In this document: one piece after another, positions 8,889-18,060 of the stretch
Layout: each line of letters starts with the position of its first letter
Numbering within the stretch: the first letter of the stretch is position 1
Source of the DNA: Ignavibacteriales bacterium
GTDB lineage: Bacteria; Bacteroidota; Ignavibacteria; UBA10030; SZUA-254
Length of the DNA stretch: 37,719 nucleotides
Direction: 5' to 3'
NCBI GenBank assembly: GCA_037441745.1
Contig: JBBIRP010000001.1
Span: 1 to 37,719, forward strand
Position numbers and translations under genes: made by a program
The notes under the pieces: generated by a model
Seen by the model: only the letters and a program-made list of their open reading frames with translations
Database searches by the model: none
Told to the model about the DNA's origin: nothing

Positions 8889-9964
8889 AGACATTTTGGA
8901 AAAAATACTACGATTGGATAAACGAGCGAGTTATGCTTGACGATTTGGTCGAGTTTATGGGTAAGAAATATGTACCCGTCCATAGGCATTCAATATGGTA
9001 TTACTTTGGAGGTGTTTCACTCTTTCTCTTTATCGTTCAAGTAATAACTGGTATACTTCTTCTTCTATATTATAAAAGCGGTGAAGAAACAGCTTTCGAG
9101 AGCGTTCAATACCTAATGTCCAAAGTTAATTTTGGGTGGCTTATTCGCTCAGTTCATAGTTGGACTGCAAATCTGTTTATACTCACTGCGATGATTCATA
9201 TGTTTAGTGTATTCTTTGAAAAAGCCTATCGGAAACCAAGAGAAATCACATGGCTTACTGGAATACTTATGTTTTTCTTAGCACTTGGTTTTGGTTTTAG
9301 CGGATATTTACTACCATGGAATGAGCTTGCCTTTTTTGCAACAAAAGTCGGAACCGAGATTGCTGGTGCAGTTCCACTCATTGGGAAACCGATACTGATA
9401 TTTTTGCGGGGTGGAGAGGAAGTCACTGGTGCTACGCTTTCAAGATTTTTCGGTTTCCACGTTGCGGTTTTACCCGGAATTTTTACTGTATTATTAGGAA
9501 TCCACTTAATACTGGTACAACGTCAAGGAATGAGCGAACCACTCGGAATCGTTTCCGAGCAAGGAAAAGAACTGAAGACTATGCCTTTCTTCCCTAATTT
9601 TCTCCTTAGGGACTTACTTTTATGGCTGATTGTTTTAAATATCATAGCAATATTAGCTGTATTTTTCCCATGGGAATTAGGGAAAAAGGCAGATGCTTTT
9701 GCGTCTGCACCAGCCGGTATTAAACCAGAGTGGTATTTTCTGTTTATGTTTCAAACATTAAAATATATTCCCGCCAAACTATGGATTGTTGACGGTGAAG
9801 TTTTTGGCATCATTATGTTTGCTATAACTGGTTTATTGTGGACGTTAGTACCATTTTGGGATAGAAAAAGTTCACGAGGGGAAAGAAATAGACTTATCAA
9901 TTATATCGGTTTGCTGATTGTCATCTACATAATCATTCTAACAATTATTGGCTGGACATCATGA
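8885..9964 (+). CDS. Cytochrome b of a Rieske/cyt b complex (b6-like N-terminal part fused to a subunit-IV-like C-terminal part)
   Basis: Helix B has H-x13-H ([16 protein letters not shown]). Helix D has H-x14-H ([17 protein letters not shown]), which is b6-like spacing. The Qo-site PEWY motif is present ([15 protein letters not shown]). ATGA overlap with the Rieske gene. Confidence 0.92.
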   Translation: MKTFWKKYYDWINERVMLDDLVEFMGKKYVPVHRHSIWYYFGGVSLFLFIVQVITGILLLLYYKSGEETAFESVQYLMSKVNFGWLIRSVHSWTANLFILTAMIHMFSVFFEKAYRKPREITWLTGILMFFLALGFGFSGYLLPWNELAFFATKVGTEIAGAVPLIGKPILIFLRGGEEVTGATLSRFFGFHVAVLPGIFTVLLGIHLILVQRQGMSEPLGIVSEQGKELKTMPFFPNFLLRDLLLWLIVLNIIAILAVFFPWELGKKADAFASAPAGIKPEWYFLFMFQTLKYIPAKLWIVDGEVFGIIMFAITGLLWTLVPFWDRKSSRGERNRLINYIGLLIVIYIIILTIIGWTS

Positions 9965-11421
9965 AGACAAATTTGCTAATATTTCTTTTTAATGTATTTA
10001 CACAAATTACTTTTTCACAATTAAAAGTTAATTATTGCTTTGAATGTCATGAAAACATCGGTGATAAGGTCGCTGAGTCGTTTAAAAAGGATGTGCATAA
10101 AGAAAAAGGAATAACATGTGCAGGTTGCCATGGTGGCGATGCTGCATCAGAAGTCTTGGAACAGGCAATGTCTAAAGAAAAAGGTTTTATCGGTGTACCA
10201 AAGGGAGATGATATTTCTAAAACATGTGCAAAATGCCATTCAAATGCAAAGATAATGGTGAAAGATTTTAATTCTATTCTCCCAAGAAATCAATACGAAA
10301 GTTTAGTAACAAGTGTACACGGACAACTTTCGAACACGGGAAAAGAACGTATTGTACAATGTACAACATGTCATCAATCACATGGAATCGTATCAGTAAA
10401 AAATCCAACTTCACCAGTTTATCCAATCAATGTTGTAAAAACTTGTGCAAGATGCCACTCGAATGCTACCTATATACGCGCGTATAATCCATCGTTACCA
10501 ATAGATCAATTGGATAAGTATAGAACAAGTGTTCATGGAATTAAAAATTCTCAAGGAGACGTAAAAGTAGCCGCGTGTTCAGATTGTCATGGCAGTCATG
10601 ATATACTTTCAGCCAAAGATACTAAATCAAAAGTGTATGCAATTAATATTCCGAATACATGTGGCGAATGTCATTCTAATTCACAATATATGAAAGAGTA
10701 TCACATTCCTTCGGATCAAGTTAAAAAATTCTCTAAAAGCGTGCATGGAGTTGCGCTTCTTGAGAAGCATGACCTAGGTGCACCAGCGTGTAATGATTGC
10801 CATGGTAATCATGGTGCAGTACCTCCAAATGTAGAATCAATATCAAGTGTATGCGGAATTTGTCATGCAATTAATGCTTCATTATTTTCATCAAGTCCAC
10901 ATAAAAAAGCATTTGACAAAAATAAATTCCCTGAATGTGAAACATGTCATGGTTATCATGAGATTGTTGCTGCTAACGATGAACTTCTCGGAGTATCACC
11001 AGAGGCAGTTTGCAGTAGGTGTCATAAGGAAAATGAAAATCCAAAAGGATATATAGCCGCACAAGAAATGAGACAATTAATTGATAGCTTAGAAAATTAT
11101 GAAAAGTATGCAGATTCGATAGTTACTGAAGCAGAGCAAAAAGGAATGGAAGTTTCGGATATAAAATTTAAACTCCGCGATGTACATCAGTCAAAATTAC
11201 AATCACGAACAACGGTTCACGCATTCGATGTCGTAAAATTTAAAGAAACGGTTGGAAAAGGAATTGAAATAGCTTCAGTTTCGGCAGCTGAGGGTAAAAA
11301 ATCCATCGATGAGTACTATTTCCGCAGGTGGGGTTTAGGAATCGCCACAATAATTATTACAATCGTCGTTATCGCCCTATATCTAACTATACGTCGTATT
11401 GAGCAAAATCAATCTAAATAA
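9961..11421 (+). CDS. 11-haem c-type cytochrome with a signal peptide, a C-terminal helical non-haem region and a TM anchor (c-subunit of the Rieske/cyt b module)
   Basis: I counted 11 exact CxxCH motifs. Signal peptide [20 protein letters not shown]. The last ~110 aa carry no haem motif and end in the helix [25 protein letters not shown] overlap with the cytochrome b gene. Confidence 0.88.
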   Translation: MKTNLLIFLFNVFTQITFSQLKVNYCFECHENIGDKVAESFKKDVHKEKGITCAGCHGGDAASEVLEQAMSKEKGFIGVPKGDDISKTCAKCHSNAKIMVKDFNSILPRNQYESLVTSVHGQLSNTGKERIVQCTTCHQSHGIVSVKNPTSPVYPINVVKTCARCHSNATYIRAYNPSLPIDQLDKYRTSVHGIKNSQGDVKVAACSDCHGSHDILSAKDTKSKVYAINIPNTCGECHSNSQYMKEYHIPSDQVKKFSKSVHGVALLEKHDLGAPACNDCHGNHGAVPPNVESISSVCGICHAINASLFSSSPHKKAFDKNKFPECETCHGYHEIVAANDELLGVSPEAVCSRCHKENENPKGYIAAQEMRQLIDSLENYEKYADSIVTEAEQKGMEVSDIKFKLRDVHQSKLQSRTTVHAFDVVKFKETVGKGIEIASVSAAEGKKSIDEYYFRRWGLGIATIIITIVVIALYLTIRRIEQNQSK

Positions 11422-11521
11422 ACAAATTTAAGAAAATATTACGTCGAAAAAAATCAAAAACTAAGAAATATTAATCATCGTTTGTTGCTTTTTTGATTTT
11501 ATTTTACGAAATTAAAAGTTA

Positions 11522-11791
11522 ATGGTAGTTAAGAATCAAACAAAACGAACACAAGATAAAGTAATATTTTTTATTCAGATCATTAGTATATCAATGATTT
11601 GGATTTTTGTTTTCGGAATCACCGTTTGGATTATAAACTTGATATCATTATCAGTCAGACTTAAAGACGTTCCTGGCATATCATTAGGTATAAGCATTAT
11701 AGCGATTCCAATTTTTATCACTCTTGCAAGTATATTGACATATGTTTTCGTGGGACTACATAAAAATGAAAATTCCATTGAGAAAAAATAA
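11522..11791 (+). CDS. Hypothetical small membrane protein (two predicted TM helices)
   Basis: An ORF of 89 aa with two hydrophobic stretches, on the same strand as the operon. I recognise no motif, and coding status is uncertain. Confidence 0.35.
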   Translation: MVVKNQTKRTQDKVIFFIQIISISMIWIFVFGITVWIINLISLSVRLKDVPGISLGISIIAIPIFITLASILTYVFVGLHKNENSIEKK

Positions 11792-11802
11792 GGAGTAACA
11801 AT

Positions 11803-12963
11803 ATGCTATTCAGTAAATGGAACATATTTCTATTACTTATAACACCTATTTATCTTTATTCACAAGAAATTAAGCTACCACAAAATCCCCTCAAAGGGCA
11901 AATCATATTTGAGGAAAAAGGATGCATTGAATGCCATGCTATAGGTGGATATGGAGGAACTGAGGGGCCTGATTTAAATCAAGAATTATATTTTGGTAGT
12001 GTACTTGAGTTAGCATCTATAATTTGGAACCATACACCTCAAATGAATCGAAAGTTTCGTCAACTTCGTATGGAACGTCCCTTGCTTTCAGAAGAGGAGA
12101 TGTTAGATTTATTTGGATTTCTTTATTATCTAAGATATTTAGGAGAACCGGGTAGTGTCGCAAAGGGTAAAAAAACATTAGAATCAAAAGGATGTACGGG
12201 ATGCCATAAAGTAGCTGGTAAGGGGGGCAACATCGGTCCTGATTTAGAAAATATTCAGCATTTTGCATCTCCATTATATATAGTACAAGCAATGTGGAAT
12301 CATGGTCCAAAAATGCAAGAACAAATTAAAAAATTAGGAATAAACTTCCCAATCTTAACAGGTCAAGATATCAATAATATAACAACATACATACGCCAAG
12401 CGACAATGGGAAACGTGGAAGTTAGAATGTCGCCCGGTGATCCTGTAAAAGGTAAAGAACTATTTAAAACTAAAGGTTGCAATAACTGTCATATGGTCGA
12501 AGGGAAGGCTAAAAGAATAGGTCCAAATCTCTCAAAAATTGAATTAAAAAAAGGTGTCACCGAAGTAGCAAGCTTAATGTGGAATCACGGACCTATAATG
12601 ATGTCTGCAATGAAAAAAGAATCCATGGATTGGCCTCAATTTAAGGATAATGAAATGGCAGATCTGATTGCTTATTTATATTTCTTGGGTTTCGAAGATA
12701 AACAAGGGGATCCTGTCAGAGGTGAAAAGGTTTTTCAGTCCAATGGATGTATTGATTGCCATAAAAAATCAATTGACAGTAAAGCTCCCGACCTATCAAC
12801 TGTTAAACAATTTCAATCACCAATTCAAATGATACAACTTATGTGGAACCATGCAACAAATATGGAAGATCTTTTTATTATTAATAACAAAGAGTGGCCT
12901 CAATTAGAAACTGAAGATATGCGAGATATTTATGCATACCTTAGGAAAATTACTCAAAAATAA
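11803..12963 (+). CDS. Periplasmic c-type cytochrome made of four tandem class-I monohaem domains
   Basis: Signal peptide. The four CxxCH motifs (CIECH, CTGCH, CNNCH, CIDCH) are spaced ~95 aa apart. Each is followed by GPDL/GPNL/APDL and a conserved [IM]WNHxxxM box. RBS aaggag lies 8 nt upstream. Confidence 0.85.
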   Translation: MLFSKWNIFLLLITPIYLYSQEIKLPQNPLKGQIIFEEKGCIECHAIGGYGGTEGPDLNQELYFGSVLELASIIWNHTPQMNRKFRQLRMERPLLSEEEMLDLFGFLYYLRYLGEPGSVAKGKKTLESKGCTGCHKVAGKGGNIGPDLENIQHFASPLYIVQAMWNHGPKMQEQIKKLGINFPILTGQDINNITTYIRQATMGNVEVRMSPGDPVKGKELFKTKGCNNCHMVEGKAKRIGPNLSKIELKKGVTEVASLMWNHGPIMMSAMKKESMDWPQFKDNEMADLIAYLYFLGFEDKQGDPVRGEKVFQSNGCIDCHKKSIDSKAPDLSTVKQFQSPIQMIQLMWNHATNMEDLFIINNKEWPQLETEDMRDIYAYLRKITQK

Positions 12964-12977
12964 ATAAGAACTAGCAA

Positions 12978-13484
12978 ATGAGAAAATACATTAAATTTAT
13001 AATAAGTATAATTCTAATCTTATTATTCACCTTCATGGCAATCCCATTTGCAGAAGATAAAATTGTTCAACCAATCAATTTCAATCATAAAGTTCATCTT
13101 GAAAACGCGGGATTAAATTGTACTGACTGCCATGTAAATGTAGAAAAAAATGCCCGTGCAATAATACCTTCAATTGAGATTTGTAAAAATTGCCATAGCG
13201 AAAACCCAATATCAAATTCACCAAATGAAAAAGATTTGATTAAATATATTGTTGAGAATAAAGAAATACCTTGGAATCAAATATATAGGGTACCAGATCA
13301 TGTATATTTCTCCCATCGCCGGCATGTAGCAATCGGCGAGCAAAATTGTTCAAAGTGTCACGGCGATATGGCTGATAAAACAACGCCGGTTACGCACCAG
13401 GAAATTCCTATAACAATGAATAACTGTTTAGATTGCCATAGGCAACAAAAAGTGACTAATGATTGTCTTGCATGCCACCGTTGA
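12978..13484 (+). CDS. Membrane-anchored pentahaem c-type cytochrome (ActA/QrcA-like)
   Basis: N-terminal helix IKFIISIILILLFTFMAIPFA. Five CxxCH motifs: CTDCH, CKNCH, CSKCH, CLDCH, CLACH; the last is at the extreme C-terminus. It sits directly upstream of the MopB/FeS/NrfD genes. Confidence 0.8.
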   Translation: MRKYIKFIISIILILLFTFMAIPFAEDKIVQPINFNHKVHLENAGLNCTDCHVNVEKNARAIIPSIEICKNCHSENPISNSPNEKDLIKYIVENKEIPWNQIYRVPDHVYFSHRRHVAIGEQNCSKCHGDMADKTTPVTHQEIPITMNNCLDCHRQQKVTNDCLACHR

Positions 13485-13497
13485 CTTAAAATAATTT

Positions 13498-15954
13498 ATG
13501 GAAATAACACGACGGGATTTCATTAAATTGTTGGGGGGTATTTCGAGTACAATTGCTCTTAATGGTTGTACCTTAGATGATGTTTTTGAGATACCCGAAA
13601 AATTTATCAATAGAATTAAATCTGGACCTGGCATTGAGAAATGGAAAAACACCATATGCGGATTATGCCCGGGCGGATGTGGTATACGCGTTCGTTTAAT
13701 AGATGATATTCCGGTATATGTTAAAGGAAACCCGACCTATCCTGTAAACCAAGGAGGAATGTGCCCGCTGGGTCTTAATGCTTTACATCATCTCTACCAT
13801 CCCGATCGTATAAAAGGTCCAATTAAAAGAATCGGTAACCCGGGTAGCAACAAATGGGAAGCAATTAGTTGGGATGAAACATTAAAATTTATTGCAGACA
13901 ACCTAGTTAAGCTTCGCAATGAAGGTAAATCTCATCAGGTTGCATTCCTCGGTTACGAAGAACGCGGTTTAATGCATCAACATATAAAAAGATTCTTGCG
14001 ATCATATGGCTCACCAAACTATTTTCAATTCTCTCCAAACCAAAATGATACTATTCCATATTTACTTGTACAAGGAAATTCTAAAGTTCCTTCGTATGAT
14101 TTTCTAAACGCAAAACTTATATTAAGTTTTGGATATAATTTTTTAGAGGGAGGTTATTCTCCCATCTATTACACAAAACTTTACAGTCATCATAGAGAAA
14201 CCCAAACGATTTACATTCAAATTGAACCAAGAATGAGTCTCACTGGATCTAATGCAAATAAATGGATACCCATACGGCCAGGAACTTATGGAGCATTGGC
14301 GCTAGGAATTGCTTATGTCTTAATTAGAGAGGAACTCTATAATAAAGAATTTGTAAAAAAATACACATTCGGTTTCGATGATTGGACCGACTTTAATGGT
14401 ATCAAACACTTAGGATTTAAGAATCTTGTACTCGGTAATTATTATCCTGAAAGAGTGACAGAGATAACTGGTATACCCAGTTCAACCATTCTAGAAATTG
14501 CCCGCGATTTTGGTAACACACAACCATCAATAGCCATCGGTGGTAATGGAGCAATTGACAATACCAACGGTACATTCAGCATGATGGCTATTCACAGCCT
14601 AAATGCACTTATTGGAAATTTTGAAAAAAATGGTGGTATATTCTCCATCGATGATCCATCATTTTCAAAACTACCAGAGATTTATGAAGATTTAATTGCG
14701 AAAAATGGTAATAAACAGGAACGAATTGACAAATCTCAAGACGAAAAATTTTTCTTATCCACTTTCTCAATTGAGAGCTTTACAAATAACATTCTTTCTG
14801 ATAAACCTTACCCGTTAAGCATGTTATTTATTTACAATGGAAATCCTCTATTTGAATCTTTAAACCACTCAGAAGTCACCAAAGCACTACAAAAAATTCC
14901 CCTTATAATAAGCTTCGATAGTATAAGAAACGAAACTAGTGAGTATGCACATCTAATTCTACCAGACCATACATTCCTCGAAACGTGGGATGAAGTTTCC
15001 AATGTCCCATCTGTAGGATTTACTCATGTTGGAATACAACAACCTGTGATTGACCCACTATATGATACTAAACAAGTTGGAGATGTGCTTATTAATTTAG
15101 CAAAAAGAATTGGCGGCATGGTTGCTGAATCTTTCCCCTTCGAAAAATATGAAGACTTTCTAAAAAATTCTTTAAAAGGAATTTACGAATCAGGTAAAGG
15201 TGCTATTACCTCTGAAGGCGTCAAAGGTTTATGGTTGGAATATCTACATCAAAGAGGTTGGCACATCGGTCGGTACAATTCATTCGAAGAATTTTGGGAT
15301 CAATTACTAGAAAATGGTGGTTGGTGGAATCCAATCAAAAAAGAAAAAACTCTTGATAAATTTTTCTCAACCACTTCAGGTAAATTTGAGTTTTATTCAA
15401 CCAGATTAAAAAATCAAATTGAAAATCTTGTTGAAAAATCTAGGGGACCTAAATTCTCTCAAAATATGGAACTAATATTAAACAAATTAAATATTACAGC
15501 AAGAGGAGACAGTATTTTTCTTCCACATCACGAACCAGTTCCTTACAATCAGGATTTACCTCTACACCTTGTTACGTTCAACGTTTTAACAAATCCCTCG
15601 GGTCGTGCAGCTCATTTACCACTAATGCAAGAAATGTTCGGTTATATGGTAAGGCAGTACTGGGATTCATGGATTGAAATCAACACCAAAACAGCAAGTG
15701 AGCTCGGAATATCTGATAATTCATGGGTCTGGGTAGAATCTTCAACATCAAGCATAAAAGTTCGTGCAAAATTAAGTCCTGCGATTTCACCAAACGTTGT
15801 TGCAATTCCTTTTGGATTGGGGCATACATCTTACGGTAGATATGCACGAAATCATGGTATTAATCCATATTCGATTATGAGAAATACATACGATTGTATA
15901 AATGGTAGGTCTGCATTAGAAGGAACAAAAGTAAAGATTTCAAAGGCTGTATAA
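13498..15954 (+). CDS. Tat-exported molybdopterin-oxidoreductase-family (MopB) subunit of Psr/ACIII/Qrc type. The FS0 Cys motif is present but no Cys is seen at the expected Mo-ligand position.
   Basis: Tat motif TRRDFIKLLGG. FS0 motif C-x2-C-x3-C-x27-C (CGLCPGGC...GGMCPLG). By hand alignment to ORF 21041-23230, SFAQCRGPR corresponds to SPNQNDTIP, so the Cys ligand is absent. Confidence 0.82.
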   Translation: MEITRRDFIKLLGGISSTIALNGCTLDDVFEIPEKFINRIKSGPGIEKWKNTICGLCPGGCGIRVRLIDDIPVYVKGNPTYPVNQGGMCPLGLNALHHLYHPDRIKGPIKRIGNPGSNKWEAISWDETLKFIADNLVKLRNEGKSHQVAFLGYEERGLMHQHIKRFLRSYGSPNYFQFSPNQNDTIPYLLVQGNSKVPSYDFLNAKLILSFGYNFLEGGYSPIYYTKLYSHHRETQTIYIQIEPRMSLTGSNANKWIPIRPGTYGALALGIAYVLIREELYNKEFVKKYTFGFDDWTDFNGIKHLGFKNLVLGNYYPERVTEITGIPSSTILEIARDFGNTQPSIAIGGNGAIDNTNGTFSMMAIHSLNALIGNFEKNGGIFSIDDPSFSKLPEIYEDLIAKNGNKQERIDKSQDEKFFLSTFSIESFTNNILSDKPYPLSMLFIYNGNPLFESLNHSEVTKALQKIPLIISFDSIRNETSEYAHLILPDHTFLETWDEVSNVPSVGFTHVGIQQPVIDPLYDTKQVGDVLINLAKRIGGMVAESFPFEKYEDFLKNSLKGIYESGKGAITSEGVKGLWLEYLHQRGWHIGRYNSFEEFWDQLLENGGWWNPIKKEKTLDKFFSTTSGKFEFYSTRLKNQIENLVEKSRGPKFSQNMELILNKLNITARGDSIFLPHHEPVPYNQDLPLHLVTFNVLTNPSGRAAHLPLMQEMFGYMVRQYWDSWIEINTKTASELGISDNSWVWVESSTSSIKVRAKLSPAISPNVVAIPFGLGHTSYGRYARNHGINPYSIMRNTYDCINGRSALEGTKVKISKAV

Positions 15955-15970
15955 GTGAAGGAGAATTAGA

Positions 15971-16654
15971 ATGCCAAAATGGGCAATGGTAATAGATCTT
16001 GATAAATGTACTGGTTGCGGTGCTTGCATAGCGGCATGCAAATTAGAAAATAATATTGCTATCGTAGCTCCCGCAGAAGCACAAAACGGACGTGTAATGT
16101 TTTGGTTAGATATAATTAGTTCATATGAAGGTGAGTATCCTGCTGTTAAGGTAAATCGGATACCAAAACCGTGTTTTCATTGCGACGATCCACCATGTAT
16201 TAAAGTATGTCCAGTCGGCGCAACGTACAAAAACGAAGAGGGTTTAGTGGGACAAATCTATCACCGATGCATTGGATGCCGATATTGCATGGCTGCCTGT
16301 CCGTATACCTCAAAAGTTTTCAATTGGGAAAAACCAAGATGGCTTGATGATACTTATTCTTGTTTTAATCCAGACGTTTCATTACGTATGGTAGGTGTTG
16401 TCGAGAAGTGTTCTTTTTGCGCCCATAGGTTGATCAAGATAAAAGAGAATGCAGCTCAGGAAAAGAGAGCAATTCGTGATGGAGAATATATCCCGGCTTG
16501 CATGGAAAACTGTCCGGCGGATGCTATTTACTTCGGAGACATAGATAATAAAGAAAGTGTTGTTCATAACCTCGCTCATAACTTTAGGGCTTACAGAATT
16601 ATGGAAGATTTAGGAGTCGAACCAAAAGTTTATTATCTTTCTAAAAAGTTTTAA
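15971..16654 (+). CDS. Four-cluster [4Fe-4S] ferredoxin subunit (PsrB/ActB2/QrcC-like)
   Basis: Cys motifs CTGCGACIAAC, CFHCDDPPCIKVCP, CIGCRYCMAACP and CSFCAHR...ACMENCP. It has no signal peptide of its own, which fits co-export with the Tat-bearing MopB partner. RBS aaggag upstream. Confidence 0.9.
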   Translation: MPKWAMVIDLDKCTGCGACIAACKLENNIAIVAPAEAQNGRVMFWLDIISSYEGEYPAVKVNRIPKPCFHCDDPPCIKVCPVGATYKNEEGLVGQIYHRCIGCRYCMAACPYTSKVFNWEKPRWLDDTYSCFNPDVSLRMVGVVEKCSFCAHRLIKIKENAAQEKRAIRDGEYIPACMENCPADAIYFGDIDNKESVVHNLAHNFRAYRIMEDLGVEPKVYYLSKKF

Positions 16655-16672
16655 ACAAGTAAATATTTAGAT

Positions 16673-17989
16673 ATGATAGAAAAAGACGAACAAATATTCA
16701 AACCAATATACCAAACAGGTAAAGGTTTTTACATAACATCCGTGATCTTGTTAATGATTATTGCTTGGTCGCTCAATATGTACATAAAACAAGTTTGGTA
16801 TGGACTTGGTGTTACAGGTATGAATCAACCAGTAACGTGGGGTTTCTATATTGTTAACTTTGTATTTTTTATTGGAATAAGTCATGCGGGAACATTGATT
16901 TCTGCAATATTACGGTTATCGAAAGCTGAATGGCGACGACCGATTACTAGAATGGCAGAAGTTATTACAGCAATTGTATTAGCAATTGGAGGCCTTCATC
17001 CAATTATTGATTTAGGACGACCAGATAGATTGTTAAATATTTTTCAATCTGGTAGATTACAATCACCATTATTATGGGATGTTACCAGTATTACTGCTTA
17101 TTTCACTGCAAGTACAGTGTATCTTTATATTCCAATGATTCCCGATATAGCTCGGATTCGGGATCGCGGTGGTAAGCTTAAATGGCTGTATACTTTCATG
17201 GCATGGGGATATCAAGGAACCGAACGTCATAAACGCGTGTTAAATAGAGCGATAAACATTTTAATGGTAATGGTTATACCAATAGCGGTTTCTGTACACA
17301 CTGTGATCTCTTATATTTTTTCAATGACACTTCAGCCAGGATGGCATAGCACAATCTTTGGTCCATACTTTGTAGTAGGTGCAATTTTTTCCGGAATCGC
17401 AGCCCTTTTAATAGTTATGATTGCTTTCAGAAAATTCTATCATCTTGAAAAATATCTTAGGGAAATCCACTTCCAATATTTAGGCACATTACTTTTGATT
17501 ATGTCAATTATTTGGTTCTATTTCACATTCTCCGAATATCTCACCGGAATATTTGGTGCAGAACCACACGAAGTTCAAATAATCATGTATAAATTTACAG
17601 GACCATTCGCTGTCTTTTTCTGGTCAATGGTATTATGTAATTTTATGATACCTGTAATAGTCCTAAGCTTTAAAAAATTTAAAACAATTACAGGAATTTT
17701 TATCGCCTCTTGTACTGTAGTTGTTGGAATGTGGTTGGAACGCTTGGTAATCGTAGTACCATCGTTAGCAAATCCGAGACTTGAACTTCCAATGGGAATA
17801 TATATACCTACATTAACTGAATGGTCATTATTTGCCGGAGGTATTTCAGTTTTTATTCTAGGTTACATGCTCTTCTCAAAATTTTTTCCAATTATTTCGA
17901 TATGGGAAGTCGAAGAAGGCCGTACAGAGGGGCTAAAAGAAGTTGAGGAAAGAATACACAGCTATTTACCAGCCATTTCAAATCATTGA
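16673..17989 (+). CDS. NrfD-family polytopic membrane subunit, long form (ActC/QrcD-like)
   Basis: 438 aa with about 10 hydrophobic helices. It follows the MopB and FeS genes, which is the CISM/ACIII gene order. Confidence 0.85.
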   Translation: MIEKDEQIFKPIYQTGKGFYITSVILLMIIAWSLNMYIKQVWYGLGVTGMNQPVTWGFYIVNFVFFIGISHAGTLISAILRLSKAEWRRPITRMAEVITAIVLAIGGLHPIIDLGRPDRLLNIFQSGRLQSPLLWDVTSITAYFTASTVYLYIPMIPDIARIRDRGGKLKWLYTFMAWGYQGTERHKRVLNRAINILMVMVIPIAVSVHTVISYIFSMTLQPGWHSTIFGPYFVVGAIFSGIAALLIVMIAFRKFYHLEKYLREIHFQYLGTLLLIMSIIWFYFTFSEYLTGIFGAEPHEVQIIMYKFTGPFAVFFWSMVLCNFMIPVIVLSFKKFKTITGIFIASCTVVVGMWLERLVIVVPSLANPRLELPMGIYIPTLTEWSLFAGGISVFILGYMLFSKFFPIISIWEVEEGRTEGLKEVEERIHSYLPAISNH

Positions 17990-18060
17990 AAATTTTTCTA
18001 CTCTGACACGAAATCTTTAATAATTTAAAAAATAAACATCATAAATAGAAAATTAATAAT

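Noticed and set aside
11446-11512. A/T-only inverted repeat (aaaaatcaaaaa ... tttttgatttt) after the 11-haem cytochrome gene, considered as a terminator
   Set aside because: The stem is almost pure A:T and the loop is ~30 nt, so it would be thermodynamically weak. I therefore cannot say whether 5708-11421 and 11522-20295 are separate transcripts.
6418-13655. Other shadow ORFs in the track (6418-6723, 6938-7129, 8174-8380, 8399-8680, 9226-9426, 10847-11056, 11575-11778, 12017-12310, 13428-13655)
   Set aside because: They overlap well-supported FeS, NrfD, Rieske, cyt b and cytochrome c genes on the other strand or in another frame, and show no motifs.
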